The translations under genes and the position numbers were made by a program. This document shows, piece by piece, positions 8,899-19,648 of a stretch of 64,000 nucleotides of DNA (positions are counted from its first letter, which is position 1; each line of letters opens with the position of its first letter). The notes under the pieces were generated by a model. The model made no database searches. It worked only from the letters and a program-made list of their open reading frames with translations, and was not told the DNA's origin. Source of the stretch: a virus; IMG/VR virus record IMGVR_UViG_3300025011_000030, positions 21,651 to 85,650 of that record; one strand, 5' to 3'.

Positions 8899-11071
8899 AA
8901 TTAAAGTATTGAAGAGGGATGGAAAAACATTAGCTCCATGGGAACCGGAGAAAATAACTAGAGCTGTAGAAAAAGCTTTTAAGGCTGTTAAAGTCCCAAT
9001 CACTAAAGATAAATTAAACGTTATTACTTTTAGGGTGAATAGTACATTAGCGAGCGTTAATGCAATTAAGCCCAAGACTCGCCCACTTGTTATTGAAATT
9101 GAGTCCATTCAAAATACTGTTGAATATACTTTACGTGATATGGGTTACTGGGAAGTGGCTCGGGCTTATATTGTATACCGAGAACAAAGGGCTGATATTC
9201 GCCGAGGTAAGAATTTATTGCTAGACGTCATACAGGAAATTGATATTGAAGCCACCAAAGATAATGCTAATGTAGGTAACACCATGGCTGGAAAGGTATT
9301 ACAAATCTCAGAGGCTGCCTCGTCTTATTTTTATAGTAAGCGGGTTATCCCTGAAGTATTTAGTACAGCTCACGATTCGGGTGATATTCACATACACGAT
9401 AAAGCCTGGTACGGTAAAGGAATTAATTGTTGTCAAATACCGTATACCAAATTAGCTCGTGAGGGATTTAATACGGGTCACGGTTTTATTCGGCCGGCAC
9501 ATAGTTTAAAGACGGCTGCTATGCACGCTAGTATTATTATTCAAGCTAACCAGAACGAGATGTACGGAGGTCAGAGCTACCCTGATTTTGATAATCAGTT
9601 TGTCGCTACAGGTGTTCTTGACTATCAGCGAGGTAAAATACGTCGTGACTTACAATACGGTGCCGGCCTGGCAGGTAAGCAACTTGAAGAATTAAATACT
9701 ACAGATGTTGACGTACAGGTAGAAAAAATACTTGACCACAAAGGTTTTCAAGCTATGGAAGCTCTAATTTATAACCTCAATACAATGCATAGCCGAGGAG
9801 GAGGACAAATTCCGTTTTCCTCGATAAATATTGGTGACGTACAAAGTGAAGATGCTGCTAAAGTTTGTGAATGGATTTTGAAAGCTTTTGAGGCAGGTTT
9901 AGGGAAGGGTGAGCAACCTATATTCCCTAATATTTGTTTCAAAATTAAAGCTGGAGTTAACATGTATCCAACAGACCCATATTATCTATTGTTTAAGTTA
10001 GCTCAACGGGTATGTGCGAAACGACTTAACCCGAGCTGGGTTTTCTGTGATAGTAGTTTCAACAAAGGTGGCGACATTTCGTATATGGGTTGCAGAACTC
10101 GTGTAGTAGCCGATCGTCACGGAGAGTCTACTACAATAGAGCGAGGTAACATCTCATTTACTACTGAAAATTTACCTCGTTTAGCGCTAAAAGCTCTAAA
10201 TAAGTTTCCTACTGACCAGCAGGCGAGGATTGAGTACTTCTTTGAACTGCATAATAACATGTTGGAGCTCATTGTGCAGCAACTCCTACACAGGTTTCAC
10301 TATATTTGTAATACGTTGAAAGCCAAAGATTTTCCATTCTTACTGGGTCAGCATTTATACCGGGATGCTGAGTTGTTGAAACCTGATGACAGTATTTACA
10401 TGGCAGCTCGGCACGGTACTCTTACGTTAGGCTTTATTGGTCTAGCCGAATGTCTGACAGCCCTTGTGGGTAGTCATCACGGTGAGGACGAGAATGCTTT
10501 ATTTTTAGGACATAAGATTATATCAAGAATTCGGGGAGTAGCTGATGCTGCTTGTAACCAGTATGACCTTAATTTTTCAGTTATTGCTACGCCGGCCGAA
10601 GGGTTATCCGGTCGGTTCACTAAGCTGGATAAGGCCCACTTTGGACATGTAGTTGGAGTGACAGATAAGGACTATTATACAAATAGTTATCATTTGCCGG
10701 TAAGTTACAATACAAGTTTCCAACACAAAATAGCTACAGAAGGGCCGTTTCATAAGTACTGTAACGGAGGTCATATAAGCTATGTAGAGCTTCAAAGTAT
10801 GCCTCCTGAATACAATTTGGAAGTTGTAGAACAAATCGTAATGAGTATGGCTGCCAGTGATATGGGCTATGCTGCAATTAACTATCCAGTTGATTATTGT
10901 AACTCTTGTGGTACATCTAATAACGTTATACCTCACAGTCAGCCGTGCCCTATTTGTGGGGAAATTGAAAACATTGACAGAGTTAGACGAATCACAGGTT
11001 ACCTTAGTACATTAAACCGTTTTAATGATGCGAAAGTAACTGAGGAAAGCGACCGTAAAGTTCACGTATAA
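8882..11071 (+). CDS. nrdD: Anaerobic (class III) ribonucleoside-triphosphate reductase with ATP cone
   Basis: VLKRDG ATP cone, INCCQ, MGCRT, ATPAEGL, CxxC..CxxC, RITGYL glycyl-radical loop. Confidence 0.95.
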   Translation: MASLPEIKVLKRDGKTLAPWEPEKITRAVEKAFKAVKVPITKDKLNVITFRVNSTLASVNAIKPKTRPLVIEIESIQNTVEYTLRDMGYWEVARAYIVYREQRADIRRGKNLLLDVIQEIDIEATKDNANVGNTMAGKVLQISEAASSYFYSKRVIPEVFSTAHDSGDIHIHDKAWYGKGINCCQIPYTKLAREGFNTGHGFIRPAHSLKTAAMHASIIIQANQNEMYGGQSYPDFDNQFVATGVLDYQRGKIRRDLQYGAGLAGKQLEELNTTDVDVQVEKILDHKGFQAMEALIYNLNTMHSRGGGQIPFSSINIGDVQSEDAAKVCEWILKAFEAGLGKGEQPIFPNICFKIKAGVNMYPTDPYYLLFKLAQRVCAKRLNPSWVFCDSSFNKGGDISYMGCRTRVVADRHGESTTIERGNISFTTENLPRLALKALNKFPTDQQARIEYFFELHNNMLELIVQQLLHRFHYICNTLKAKDFPFLLGQHLYRDAELLKPDDSIYMAARHGTLTLGFIGLAECLTALVGSHHGEDENALFLGHKIISRIRGVADAACNQYDLNFSVIATPAEGLSGRFTKLDKAHFGHVVGVTDKDYYTNSYHLPVSYNTSFQHKIATEGPFHKYCNGGHISYVELQSMPPEYNLEVVEQIVMSMAASDMGYAAINYPVDYCNSCGTSNNVIPHSQPCPICGEIENIDRVRRITGYLSTLNRFNDAKVTEESDRKVHV

Positions 11072-11119
11072 CTTCAGGTTCAACAGCTTAAAAAGTGAGT
11101 AGGTGATTTTATATATTAA

Positions 11120-11240
11120 GTAGCTGACAGCTAACAAACTGACTGAAGGGAGTCGGTTATCATGTAACCTTATGCTGAAAGTATAGAAAAATGTTGTTTC
11201 AGCGAACTGAGGGCCGGGACTGTACACCCGGCCTTCCATA
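11120..11240 (+). ncRNA. Candidate structured leader or small RNA (three hairpins)
   Basis: AACTGACT/AGTCGGTT, GCTGAAA/TTTCAGC and GAGGGCCGGG/CCCGGCCTTC stems just downstream of a promoter motif. Confidence 0.35.
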
Positions 11241-11300
11241 TTAACTAAAAACTATTAAAATTGAACGAAAAGAGGTGTTATTACGAATATTAATAAAGTT

Positions 11301-11546
11301 TTGGATGAAGACGGTGACGAAGTAGAACAGCCTGAAGAAATAGTAACTCAGGAAATGGCCACAGGTGAATCGCCCAGGATGCTTACTTTATACGGTTATA
11401 ATACATTTGAGTTAGTTAATGAGTTAAAGCGGCGCGAAGAAGTTAGCTCGGTGAACGTTTTACCGGGTACTGACTACATGTTAACATCCGGTAGTCGTAG
11501 TATTAAAAATACCGGGCCGGCAATTATTTTAGTAATAATAGATTAG
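11301..11546 (+). CDS. BC1881-like small phage protein
   Basis: ELVNELKRREEV...GPAIILVIID; RBS-compatible ATT start at 11280. Confidence 0.55.
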   Translation: MDEDGDEVEQPEEIVTQEMATGESPRMLTLYGYNTFELVNELKRREEVSSVNVLPGTDYMLTSGSRSIKNTGPAIILVIID

Positions 11547-11584
11547 AAACTTATTAGTAATAAAAACGGAAGAAGGTTGAATGA

Positions 11585-12052
11585 ATGCGTTACGAAGGAA
11601 GAATTGTGAAATTAAGTGACGGTTTAGTAGTTATACCACATACTTATTACAGTAGAACAGACGACTACAGTTGCTCAGTATTAAAAAACAGTGATAAACG
11701 TGAACTATTTGTTGGTGATACAGTTATACTATCTACAGTTGAGTTACGTCGTGGCAACATACTGATTTTTTCACAATTGGGTGACATGGACAGCGATATT
11801 AAACAGGCTTGTAACAAATACTCAAGAGTACCTTTGTCACAGATTGTAGAAGAAGGACGTCGAGTATTAAAGCTACTTGAATCGTTAAACCTCGCTTCAG
11901 CCGAGTATTATTACGAAATGATTAAAGGCATTATTGAAAACTATTACGACGCCGGTCGTGAGGTAAGTGAACGTCAACGAAATGCACTGACTATGGTAGT
12001 ATGCCGGTATAGCTTACGCTGTACTCTTAAATTAGTAAAGCAAACTCAGTAA
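11585..12052 (+). CDS. Hypothetical protein
   Basis: 155-aa ORF with RBS. Confidence 0.6.
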   Translation: MRYEGRIVKLSDGLVVIPHTYYSRTDDYSCSVLKNSDKRELFVGDTVILSTVELRRGNILIFSQLGDMDSDIKQACNKYSRVPLSQIVEEGRRVLKLLESLNLASAEYYYEMIKGIIENYYDAGREVSERQRNALTMVVCRYSLRCTLKLVKQTQ

Positions 12053-12128
12053 TAGCAACGGCCCTGTCGCCTACAGCGAAGGGCCTTTTTAATTTTAAAA
12101 ATAATTCACAAATTTCATTAAAAAGTTC

Positions 12129-12158
12129 TTGTCTGAGGAACAGTTTAGGAGTATAATA
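12129..12158 (+). promoter_or_regulatory. Sigma-A promoter
   Basis: TTGTCT and TATAAT hexamers upstream of a GGAGGTCAA RBS. Confidence 0.65.
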
Positions 12159-12210
12159 GCTACAAGAGGAAAACAAAAAACTTAAAAAAAAAACAGGGAG
12201 GTCAAATAAC

Positions 12211-12897
12211 ATGATGGTAAACGTAACCTGCAAGCGTACAGGATTAGAAGGTATTGCAGTAGTAAATATAGACGGTTCTGCAACAATATCATTTGAAAAC
12301 GGTTCAGTTAAAACCGCAACAGCTAGTACATTTAAGCGTTGGTACAAAAAATCGGCCGTGATTGACAGTTCCGAATTTGTAGCTGTTGAAGCTACTGACG
12401 TTGAAGTTCAACTCGAAATACAGCCAGAAGTTGAAGTAGCCGAAGTTGAAGTAGCCGAAGTTGAAGTAGCCGAAGTTGAAGTAGCCGAAGTTGAGGTTAC
12501 CGTTGAGGTTGCAGCGCCGATCGCGGTTGAATCACAAATTCAGGCCCAGTTAGTGGTTGCACCTGTAGTAGTAACCGAAGTTCCAATAAACTTAACTCAA
12601 CCGACCGAAGTTATAATCAGCTTAGTTGGAACCGAAACTCACGTCACTAAAAAAGAAATCGTACATGTTATCCAGCGAGTACAGTTTGGCGAAAACATTA
12701 TTGAGCTACAGTCACAGCAAGGTTTTATTCATGTAGTAAAATTAGTTGACCGGGAAGGTAACTTAATTCACCGCAGTAATAAGGCTAGTTTAAAAGACCT
12801 GTTCGCAACTTACTTCGGTTACGACGAAGCCACTTCAAAGGCATACCGCAAAGAAATAACTAAAGTTCGTAAGCAAGCTGAAAAAACCGTACATTAA
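12211..12897 (+). CDS. Hypothetical protein, paralog of 55766..56836, with (EVEVA)n repeat
   Basis: Shared KRTG..ASTFKRWYK N-domain and IELQSQQGFIHVVKL C-domain. Confidence 0.75.
   Translation: MMVNVTCKRTGLEGIAVVNIDGSATISFENGSVKTATASTFKRWYKKSAVIDSSEFVAVEATDVEVQLEIQPEVEVAEVEVAEVEVAEVEVAEVEVTVEVAAPIAVESQIQAQLVVAPVVVTEVPINLTQPTEVIISLVGTETHVTKKEIVHVIQRVQFGENIIELQSQQGFIHVVKLVDREGNLIHRSNKASLKDLFATYFGYDEATSKAYRKEITKVRKQAEKTVH
12427..12494 (+). repeat. 15-bp tandem repeat GAAGTTGAAGTAGCC, four copies plus a partial
   Basis: Read directly; encodes EVEVA. Confidence 0.95.
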
Positions 12898-12904
12898 AAC
12901 TTCT

Positions 12905-12929
12905 ACCAGGTTTCGGCCTGGTTTTTTTT
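12905..12929 (+). terminator. Rho-independent terminator
   Basis: ACCAGG-tttcgg-CCTGGT followed by a T-tract. Confidence 0.75.
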
Positions 12930-13004
12930 ACTTAAATTTGAGTTGCATATTACTATATAATATGTTAGAATGTATTTACTCGGTTAAAAACGAAGAGGGT
13001 TAAG

Positions 13005-13211
13005 TTGATTGGCACCGATTTGTACGAAAATCAAGGCGAAAAGTACGTCATATATGAACTTGAGTATTTGTGCAAGTACTATGAAATCGATGGATTAACG
13101 ACAATATCTTTAGCTCTTGGTTGGACTGGAGATTCTGTTAAAAGTAAATTAAAGAAAATACGTAAGCAAGGTTTATACAAGTATTACAAAAACTTAAATA
13201 AATACCAATGA
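13005..13211 (+). CDS. Hypothetical phage protein (possible HTH)
   Basis: ELEYLCKYYEIDG..ISLALGWT..SVKSK; promoter and RBS upstream. Confidence 0.55.
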   Translation: MIGTDLYENQGEKYVIYELEYLCKYYEIDGLTTISLALGWTGDSVKSKLKKIRKQGLYKYYKNLNKYQ

Positions 13212-13314
13212 AGGAGGTTAAAAATGTTCAACGAAATTTCAGGTATTGTACCTTTTACATGTATGCTCTTACCGTTGTTACTGGTTGCCAGTATTTTAGC
13301 CTTAGACAACTGCT

Positions 13315-13650
13315 GTGCCGGTCGTAAGATTCGTAGAAGGAGGTTATTTTAGTTTGTACGAACATGTTATTAAGCGCCCTGACGGAGTTAAAGTTTGTAT
13401 ACGAGTGATGCGTAATAGTAGTGCCACCTTCTATGTTGACAACATAGGAGTTATTCCTAAAGGTAAGCGTAAGTCCGTCTATGTGTTAGATCAGTTTAGC
13501 GATTACCGGTACAGAAGACTACCCTTAAACGAGCGCGAAAATTATAAGTTACAAAAGTTTTTAGAGGTAGCTACTTTGGAGGAGTTAAATCAGGCTTTAG
13601 AGGCTGCTTGGCTGTCAATCAAACCTCAGCCGTTAGTTTCAAAAGTATAG
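13315..13650 (+). CDS. Hypothetical protein
   Basis: ORF with internal GGAGG; start uncertain. Confidence 0.55.
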   Translation: MPVVRFVEGGYFSLYEHVIKRPDGVKVCIRVMRNSSATFYVDNIGVIPKGKRKSVYVLDQFSDYRYRRLPLNERENYKLQKFLEVATLEELNQALEAAWLSIKPQPLVSKV

Positions 13651-13751
13651 TCAGTGATTTTATACTACTGTGCCGTTTGAACGACCTGTTTGGGCTATTA
13701 TGAGGCAGCTAACAGGTCGTTAATCTAATTAATAAACATGGAGGTAACAAG

Positions 13752-13919
13752 ATGACTAGGAAAAAAGACCCGATTTCAAGTTTCAGGTCACTTTTGTATA
13801 CGACTGCTAAGTTACTGGGCGATGTGAATGCGGTGCGTAAGGGTAAAGTTGGCGAGCGAATATGTCGTAGAGCGGCGGGTAAGGTAACCGGAAAGCTGCT
13901 GGGTAAACTTTTTAAATAG
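13752..13919 (+). CDS. Small basic phage protein (55 aa)
   Basis: GGAGG RBS; MTRKKDPISSFRSLLYTTAKLLGDVNAVRKGKVGERICRR.. Confidence 0.6.
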   Translation: MTRKKDPISSFRSLLYTTAKLLGDVNAVRKGKVGERICRRAAGKVTGKLLGKLFK

Positions 13920-13940
13920 AACCTTAAAATCGTTATAGAA

Positions 13941-15037
13941 ATGGGGATTGATGTGAGTAAATTTGAATTGTCAATTTCACCTGACTATGTTCCTAATTGG
14001 ACGGTCGTTGACGGTGTTCGTGAGCTTTTCCAGAATGCATTAGACCAACAAACACTGTTACCAAATAATGAAATGTTTTTCAGTTACGAAAACGAAATTT
14101 TAAGAGTAGGTAACAAAAGTTCTGTATTGGGTATAAACACACTGTTATTAGGAGCTTCTACCAAGCGCGAGGACGCAATACCATCGGTAAGTTCGGTGAA
14201 GGCTACAAGATAGCTACGTTGGTATTACTTAGACACGGTAAGCAAGTCACGTTCTATAACTACGGTAATAAGGAAGTTTGGAAACCGCGGTTCGTTAACT
14301 CCAAAAGATTTGGGGCTCGGATCTTAACGTTTTTCGTTGATAAAAAATACTTTTGGCAGTCTGTACCTGACAATAACTTAATCATTGAGGTCACCGGGAT
14401 CACTCAAGAAGAATATTGGGACATTGTGAACTCTAACTTACATTTACAGACGTTAGATCCGGACCGAGTGATAGAAACCGAGTTTGGCCGTATTATAGAA
14501 GACCCAAAGCTCACCGGGAATGTGTATGTCAACGGGCTGTTTGTTTGTGACTATGCACCGTACAAGCTGTCATATGACTTTAAGTCGGCACATATCAATA
14601 TTGACCGTGACCGGAAGTTAGTATCGAACTTTGATTTGGAATGGCTGGCTTCGCGAATGTGGGCTACTGTGGGCGGCCCTAAGGTTGTAAAAATGGCTCG
14701 TGAAGGATATGCCGATGTTAAATATGTGGGTAGTATGCCGGCTGAAGGTAACCTTTTTACAAGTGCTTTGTTTGATTTTCGTTGTGAACACGGTGAAAAG
14801 GCTGTTCCGGTAACTACTCAGGACGAAATGGAAAAAGTCGCTCAAGGTTATAAGCCGGTCATTGTTAGTTCGGCATATATGAAGTTAATAACTTCGTGCT
14901 CGTTATACCGTGAGCCTGACGCACCGAAGGTCACCGTTAAAGGGCGTCTTCATAAATGGTTAGAAGGTGTTGAGACTCGCTTGTATACAGAGGAAATTGC
15001 AGAGTTTAGAGCTATTTTAGTAGATATTAGCGAATAA
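13941..15037 (+). pseudogene. GHKL-type ATPase-like protein, frameshifted near 14170-14180
   Basis: RELFQNALD in ORF1; the TIGKFGEGYKIA G-box lies in the frame of ORF2 upstream of 14219. Confidence 0.75.
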
Positions 15038-15157
15038 CAGAGTAAGTTAATATTAAGTTAAGTATGGAAAACCATCCTTAACTTTTTTTATTCTTAAAAA
15101 TGCAGTCGCTTTTTTTATATATTAAATTAAAACTGTACAGAAGTAGGTGGTTATTTT

Positions 15158-16550
15158 TTGACGAACTATGAGGATTTTTTAGAAAGTAAGAAGTTGTCTG
15201 TGGTCAGTTGCGGGTTTTCTGTAAATGAGTACAGTATTAATCCTAGTTTAAAATTGTTTTAGTCAGACATTGTTAGGTGGGCCCTCTACAAAAAGGAAAA
15301 GCTGCTATATTCGCCGGTACAGGGTTAGGTAAGACTTTAATGCAGTTAGAATGGGCAAACAAAATACATCAAACTACGAACGGTGATATTCTTATTTTAG
15401 CGCCGTTGGCAGTGAGTCGTCAAACGGTGCGAGAAGGGATTAAATTTGGAATAGAAGTTACGAGTTGTCGTTCTCAGGCCGATGTAGTACCGGGAGTTAA
15501 TATTACGAACTACGAAATGTTGCATATGTTTGAATTAGACAAATTTATTGCAGTAGTTTTAGACGAATCGTCTATTCTTAAATCTTTTACGGGAAAAGTT
15601 AGGACTCAAATAATTGAAGCATTTAAACAAACTCCATACAGGTTGGCCTGTACAGCCACCCCGGCACCTAACGACCTGATGGAGCTTTGCAACCATGCCG
15701 AGTTCCTGGGCGTTATGACAAGAGCAGAGATGTTGGCTACATGGTTCGTCCATGACGGGGTGATACGTCTAAATGGCGACTGAAGGGTCATGTGACAGAG
15801 AGTTTTTGGATTTGGGTTGCTTCATGGGCTGTCATGTTACAGAACCCTTCAGATTTAGGTTACGAGGACAGTGAATACATGTTACCTCCACTTAACATTA
15901 TACCTATTGTAGTACCTGTAAAAGGACGTAAAGCTACGACAATGACAGCTCGCAGGGAAGCTCGTAAAGCCAGTCTAGACCAACGGGTAGCTGCTTGTGC
16001 CAAAATTGTCAACTCTTCCAATGATTTGTCTTGGATTATATGGTGCGAATTAAACGAAGAGAGCAGTAAATTAACGTCGGCTATTACAGGTGCAGTTGAA
16101 ATTGCAGGAAGTCACGATGCACTGTATAAAGAAAAGAGTATGGAGGATTTCTCCATTGGTAACATAAGCCGTATTGTCAGAAAGCCTAAAATATGTGGGT
16201 ACGGTATGAACTTTCAAATCTGTCACAATATGGCATTTGTAGGACTGTCGGATAGTTTTGAAAAGTATTATCAAGCAATTAGGCGCTGCTGGAGATTTGG
16301 ACAGTTGAATCCTGTTAACGTGTATGTCATAACATCTTCATTAGAGGGTGCAGTAGTTAATAACATTAAACGTAAAGAAGCTGAGTTCAACAAAATGTTA
16401 TCGGGAATGATAGCAGCAACTCAGGAAATAACTAAATCAAATATACAAAATACTATTAAGGAAAGTTTACAATATATTCCGGTAGCGCCAATGTTACTAC
16501 CGAGCTGGATTAAAACAGAACAGGAGTTTTGTAATGACAAACGTTATTGA
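15158..16550 (+). pseudogene. SNF2/DEAD-like helicase with an in-frame TAG and two frameshifts
   Basis: MTNYEDFLESKK..LF*SDIVRWA (TAG 15260), shift near 15285 into GTGLGKT/LDESS/TATP, shift at the G-run 15757-15760 into GDTSKWRLKGH..QAIRRCWRFGQ. Confidence 0.85.
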
Positions 16551-17511
16551 TCGAGTATTAGAATCACGATATGCATTATACCACGGCGACTGTATTGAAG
16601 TACTGAAAGGCATCCCAAGTAACTCAGTACACTATTCAATATTTTCACCTCCATTTGCGAACCTATATACGTACAGTAATAGTGACCGGGATATGGGTAA
16701 CTGTGTTAATGATGCTCAGTTTGTGCAGCACATGAACTTTTTAGCTCCAGAAGTTTATCGGGTAATAATGCCGGGTAGGTTGGTTTCAGTACATTGTATG
16801 GACTTACCGTTGATGAAATCAAAAGACGGTATGTTAGGTTTAAAAGATTTCCCGGCTACTCTTAGAGAAATATTCGAAGCTGCAGGCTTTATTTACCACT
16901 CAAAAGTTACAATATGGAAAGACCCTGTCGTAGAGATGCAAAGAACAAAGTCACTCGGTTTATTACACAAGCAGCTCAAGAAAGATAGCTGCCGTAGTCG
17001 TCAAGGTACGCCGGATTATATCATAACTTTGTATAAGCCGGGTGACAATCCGGAACCTGTTACACATACCAATGAAAGTTTCCCTGTCACCATATGGCAG
17101 CAGTATGCTAGCCCTGTCTGGATGGATATTCGGCAAGGCGATACGTTACAGCGACAAAGTGCCCGGGATGAGCACGATGAAATGCACATTTGTCCTCTTC
17201 AACTTGAAGTGATACGTCGCTGTATAGCTTTATGGACGAATGAAACTGACATTGTACTAGACCCTTTCAGTGGTATTGGAAGCACAGGACACGAGGCTGT
17301 GAAATACGGTCGTAATTACGTGGGGATTGAGTTAAAGACAAGTTATTTCAAACAGTCTACAGGAAATCTTAAAATGGCTGTTAATGAGTATAACAAGCTG
17401 CAGCAAGACCCGTTGAAGTTACTGACTATTTTAGAAGGTTACGAGCAACATGTGAATTCTCAATCAACTAAAATATATAAGGTAACTAGAAATCAGCGAA
17501 CTTTATTTTAA
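16534..17511 (+). CDS. DNA amino-methyltransferase (N4-C/N6-A, beta class)
   Basis: GDC, FSPPF motif IV before LDPFSGIGSTG motif I; usual partner of the upstream helicase in phages. Confidence 0.9.
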   Translation: MTNVIDRVLESRYALYHGDCIEVLKGIPSNSVHYSIFSPPFANLYTYSNSDRDMGNCVNDAQFVQHMNFLAPEVYRVIMPGRLVSVHCMDLPLMKSKDGMLGLKDFPATLREIFEAAGFIYHSKVTIWKDPVVEMQRTKSLGLLHKQLKKDSCRSRQGTPDYIITLYKPGDNPEPVTHTNESFPVTIWQQYASPVWMDIRQGDTLQRQSARDEHDEMHICPLQLEVIRRCIALWTNETDIVLDPFSGIGSTGHEAVKYGRNYVGIELKTSYFKQSTGNLKMAVNEYNKLQQDPLKLLTILEGYEQHVNSQSTKIYKVTRNQRTLF

Positions 17512-17596
17512 CTGTTACTTAAAATAGGCTCTTGTATATTTATATATAATATGCAAGAGCTTTTATTGTTAGCTAAATTATCGGAGGTGACTGTTC

Positions 17597-17770
17597 TTGA
17601 ACTTCTTCATTGGGATTGGAGTTGGGTTAGTGGCTGGAGTGCTGATAGGTATGTTTATTATGGCTGTAACAATAAAGGTTAGAGAGTATGAACTTTGTCC
17701 TAGGTGTAAAACACCGTTAGACGACAAAGATGTTTGCACAACTTGCGGTTACATTTATTTAGGGAGGTGA
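17597..17770 (+). CDS. Small membrane-anchored zinc-ribbon protein
   Basis: GGAGG RBS, TTG start, TM helix, then CPRC..CTTCG. Confidence 0.55.
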   Translation: MNFFIGIGVGLVAGVLIGMFIMAVTIKVREYELCPRCKTPLDDKDVCTTCGYIYLGR

Positions 17771-17777
17771 CGTTATA

Positions 17778-17915
17778 ATGGAAGACCGCTGTAAATGTAT
17801 TAAGTGCGGTGCAATTATGGAGGATACCGATATTGAAGGTGCTTCGCCGGCCGACGATGTGAACTGGTGCTGTACTTGTCCTGATTGCGAAAATACGTGC
17901 GACGATTGTCGTTAA
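17778..17915 (+). CDS. Cys-rich miniprotein (45 aa, 9 Cys)
   Basis: GGAGG RBS; MEDRCKCIKCG..WCCTCPDCENTCDDCR. Confidence 0.6.
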   Translation: MEDRCKCIKCGAIMEDTDIEGASPADDVNWCCTCPDCENTCDDCR

Positions 17916-17927
17916 GGAGGTTGAACC

Positions 17928-18134
17928 GTGAGTAATTATCGTACTGCAGCTAGAAAATTTGTTCAAGCCAGTTACGGAGGTTACTGTAACTTGGTCAGGG
18001 CCCAATGTCTTGAGCCTATACCGTTTGTTAAGTTTACTGAAGTATTAAAGTCACTTTCACATTTGTCTAAAAAAGAACGTAACGTCAAATATATTGAGGT
18101 TACTAGAACGGAGGGACATAATGTCAGACGCTGA
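17928..18134 (+). CDS. Hypothetical protein
   Basis: AAGGAGG RBS. Confidence 0.55.
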   Translation: MSNYRTAARKFVQASYGGYCNLVRAQCLEPIPFVKFTEVLKSLSHLSKKERNVKYIEVTRTEGHNVRR

Positions 18135-18612
18135 TTGGGATATGGAGTACAGCTTGGCCGGGAAGTTAGAGCAGGAGATTAAAGACCTGTGCTTAACGAA
18201 AGGTATTAACTGTCCTGAAATCAAACCTTTTGCACGTTCAACAGAACTGCAGTTAATACTAACAGCTTTAAAGGAAACCGCTCGTCCGAAGCACGATTTC
18301 AAAACATCTGAGGACTGCAATTGTACTGAGGCGGGCTGTATGATTTGTGATGGTGGGTTAGCTTTATGTAAGGTCTGTGGGTTGTTAGAAGGAGCCTTGA
18401 CTACAGATTGCCCAGGTCATAAAGTACCGTACTGTATGGGAGAAATGATTTACGGTGGCCTGTTAGATTACCGGGAAGCTGAAGGTGGTTGGGCAGCAGC
18501 GAAAAACCCTACCAATCAAACGTGGGAAAAGGCCCATAAAAGGGAACAGCTTAGAAGAAACCAATTAGCTAAAGCCCGTGCAATACAGCGAGCCGTGCGA
18601 AGAGTTTTATAA
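18121..18612 (+). CDS. Cys-rich hypothetical phage protein
   Basis: CMICDGGLALCKVCGLLEGALTTDCPG. Confidence 0.65.
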   Translation: MSDADWDMEYSLAGKLEQEIKDLCLTKGINCPEIKPFARSTELQLILTALKETARPKHDFKTSEDCNCTEAGCMICDGGLALCKVCGLLEGALTTDCPGHKVPYCMGEMIYGGLLDYREAEGGWAAAKNPTNQTWEKAHKREQLRRNQLAKARAIQRAVRRVL

Positions 18613-18623
18613 TTAAAAAGGTC

Positions 18624-18652
18624 TTGTATATTATATAATAATATGTTACTAT
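18624..18652 (+). promoter_or_regulatory. Sigma-A promoter with operator-like spacer
   Basis: TTGTAT-N17-TACTAT with extended TG. Confidence 0.7.
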
Positions 18653-18681
18653 ATAGTTGACTTTGAAAGGAGGTCAATTTA

Positions 18682-19056
18682 GTGCGGTTATGGCATGAGA
18701 CTCTAATCCCTGTATTGCCGAATAATCAGTTGAGCGGTCAGCACCGGGAATGTGCAGCTCTACGAGGTAACGGTTGGGGACGGAAACACAGCACGGTAGA
18801 CTATGTATTTAAACATGACCCGTTATTATTGTTTGAATATCACCGGAAAGTGATGGCCGAAATGATAAAAAGAGGATTTAAAGTAGATCCTTTATGGCAG
18901 AGTTTTCGATACAGAGGTAAATACTGTGCCGGTTACGTAACTCCTTATTACGGGCCGTTGATGGATTATCCAATTTATCCCGAGCATAACGACAGTTATT
19001 TAACCGAGTGCATTGAGAACTTGAAGAATAAAGGAATTGCTGTTGTTTTGCAGTAA
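18682..19056 (+). CDS. TIGR02328-family (pyrimidine-dimer glycosylase-like) protein
   Basis: MRLWH..LI..LP..QL.GQHREC.ALRGNGWG.KH.TVDYVF. Confidence 0.85.
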   Translation: MRLWHETLIPVLPNNQLSGQHRECAALRGNGWGRKHSTVDYVFKHDPLLLFEYHRKVMAEMIKRGFKVDPLWQSFRYRGKYCAGYVTPYYGPLMDYPIYPEHNDSYLTECIENLKNKGIAVVLQ

Positions 19057-19108
19057 ACAGAACCTGTACGACGGGTAAACGTTTAATTGGAGAGGAGGTC
19101 AAAGGTAG

Positions 19109-19330
19109 TTGGTAAAGGAAGTAAAAACTTATTCAGCTGTCGCCTTAAACGGGCGACAGTTTACCCACAAAAGTAAGCGCTACTATACTCATGTAGTCGT
19201 TGTCAGCGATAACGGTGATCAGTGGGCCGAACGTTATTGTACTAAACAGTACACAGCTGAACGTGAGGCTGTTAGGTGCCGAAAGGAATACGAGAATGTT
19301 GAGGTAATAGAACTGCGAATTATTAGTTAG
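19109..19330 (+). CDS. Hypothetical protein
   Basis: GGAGGTCAA RBS. Confidence 0.55.
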   Translation: MVKEVKTYSAVALNGRQFTHKSKRYYTHVVVVSDNGDQWAERYCTKQYTAEREAVRCRKEYENVEVIELRIIS

Positions 19331-19343
19331 GAGGAACTGGGTT

Positions 19344-19454
19344 ATGTACTACGAAAATATTTACTGTCACCTGTGCGGTCAGTTAGTATGTCAAACCTGC
19401 GGGTGCTGTGCTAATCCCGGCTGCGAAATTTGTAGTTGTCCGGGAGGTGAATGA
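19344..19454 (+). CDS. Cys-rich miniprotein (36 aa, 9 Cys)
   Basis: GGAGG RBS; MYYENIYCHLCGQLVCQTCGCCANPGCEICSCPGGE. Confidence 0.6.
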   Translation: MYYENIYCHLCGQLVCQTCGCCANPGCEICSCPGGE

Positions 19455-19648
19455 CGTTGAGTAAACAGGTGCAAAGTAGTTTAGAAGCTTTAATTTTATA
19501 CGTCGGTAGTATAACTGATCGTAAACGCCGCAACAAGCTGGCTGAGGCTCTGTACGTGTTTGTAGAGAATATGCATCAAACCCATAAAAGTTTTTGTAAC
19601 GAGGTTGATTTATTATTTAAACGGAGGTGATTATTAACGGCAGTTGCA

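Noticed and set aside
11144-11240. tRNA or tmRNA because of the 3' CCA and a T-arm-like stem
   Set aside because: No TTCRA T-loop, D-arm or anticodon arm; kept only as a generic structured-RNA candidate
12427-12494. 15-bp tandem repeat as a CRISPR array
   Set aside because: No spacers; it is an in-frame coding repeat, and no cas genes are present
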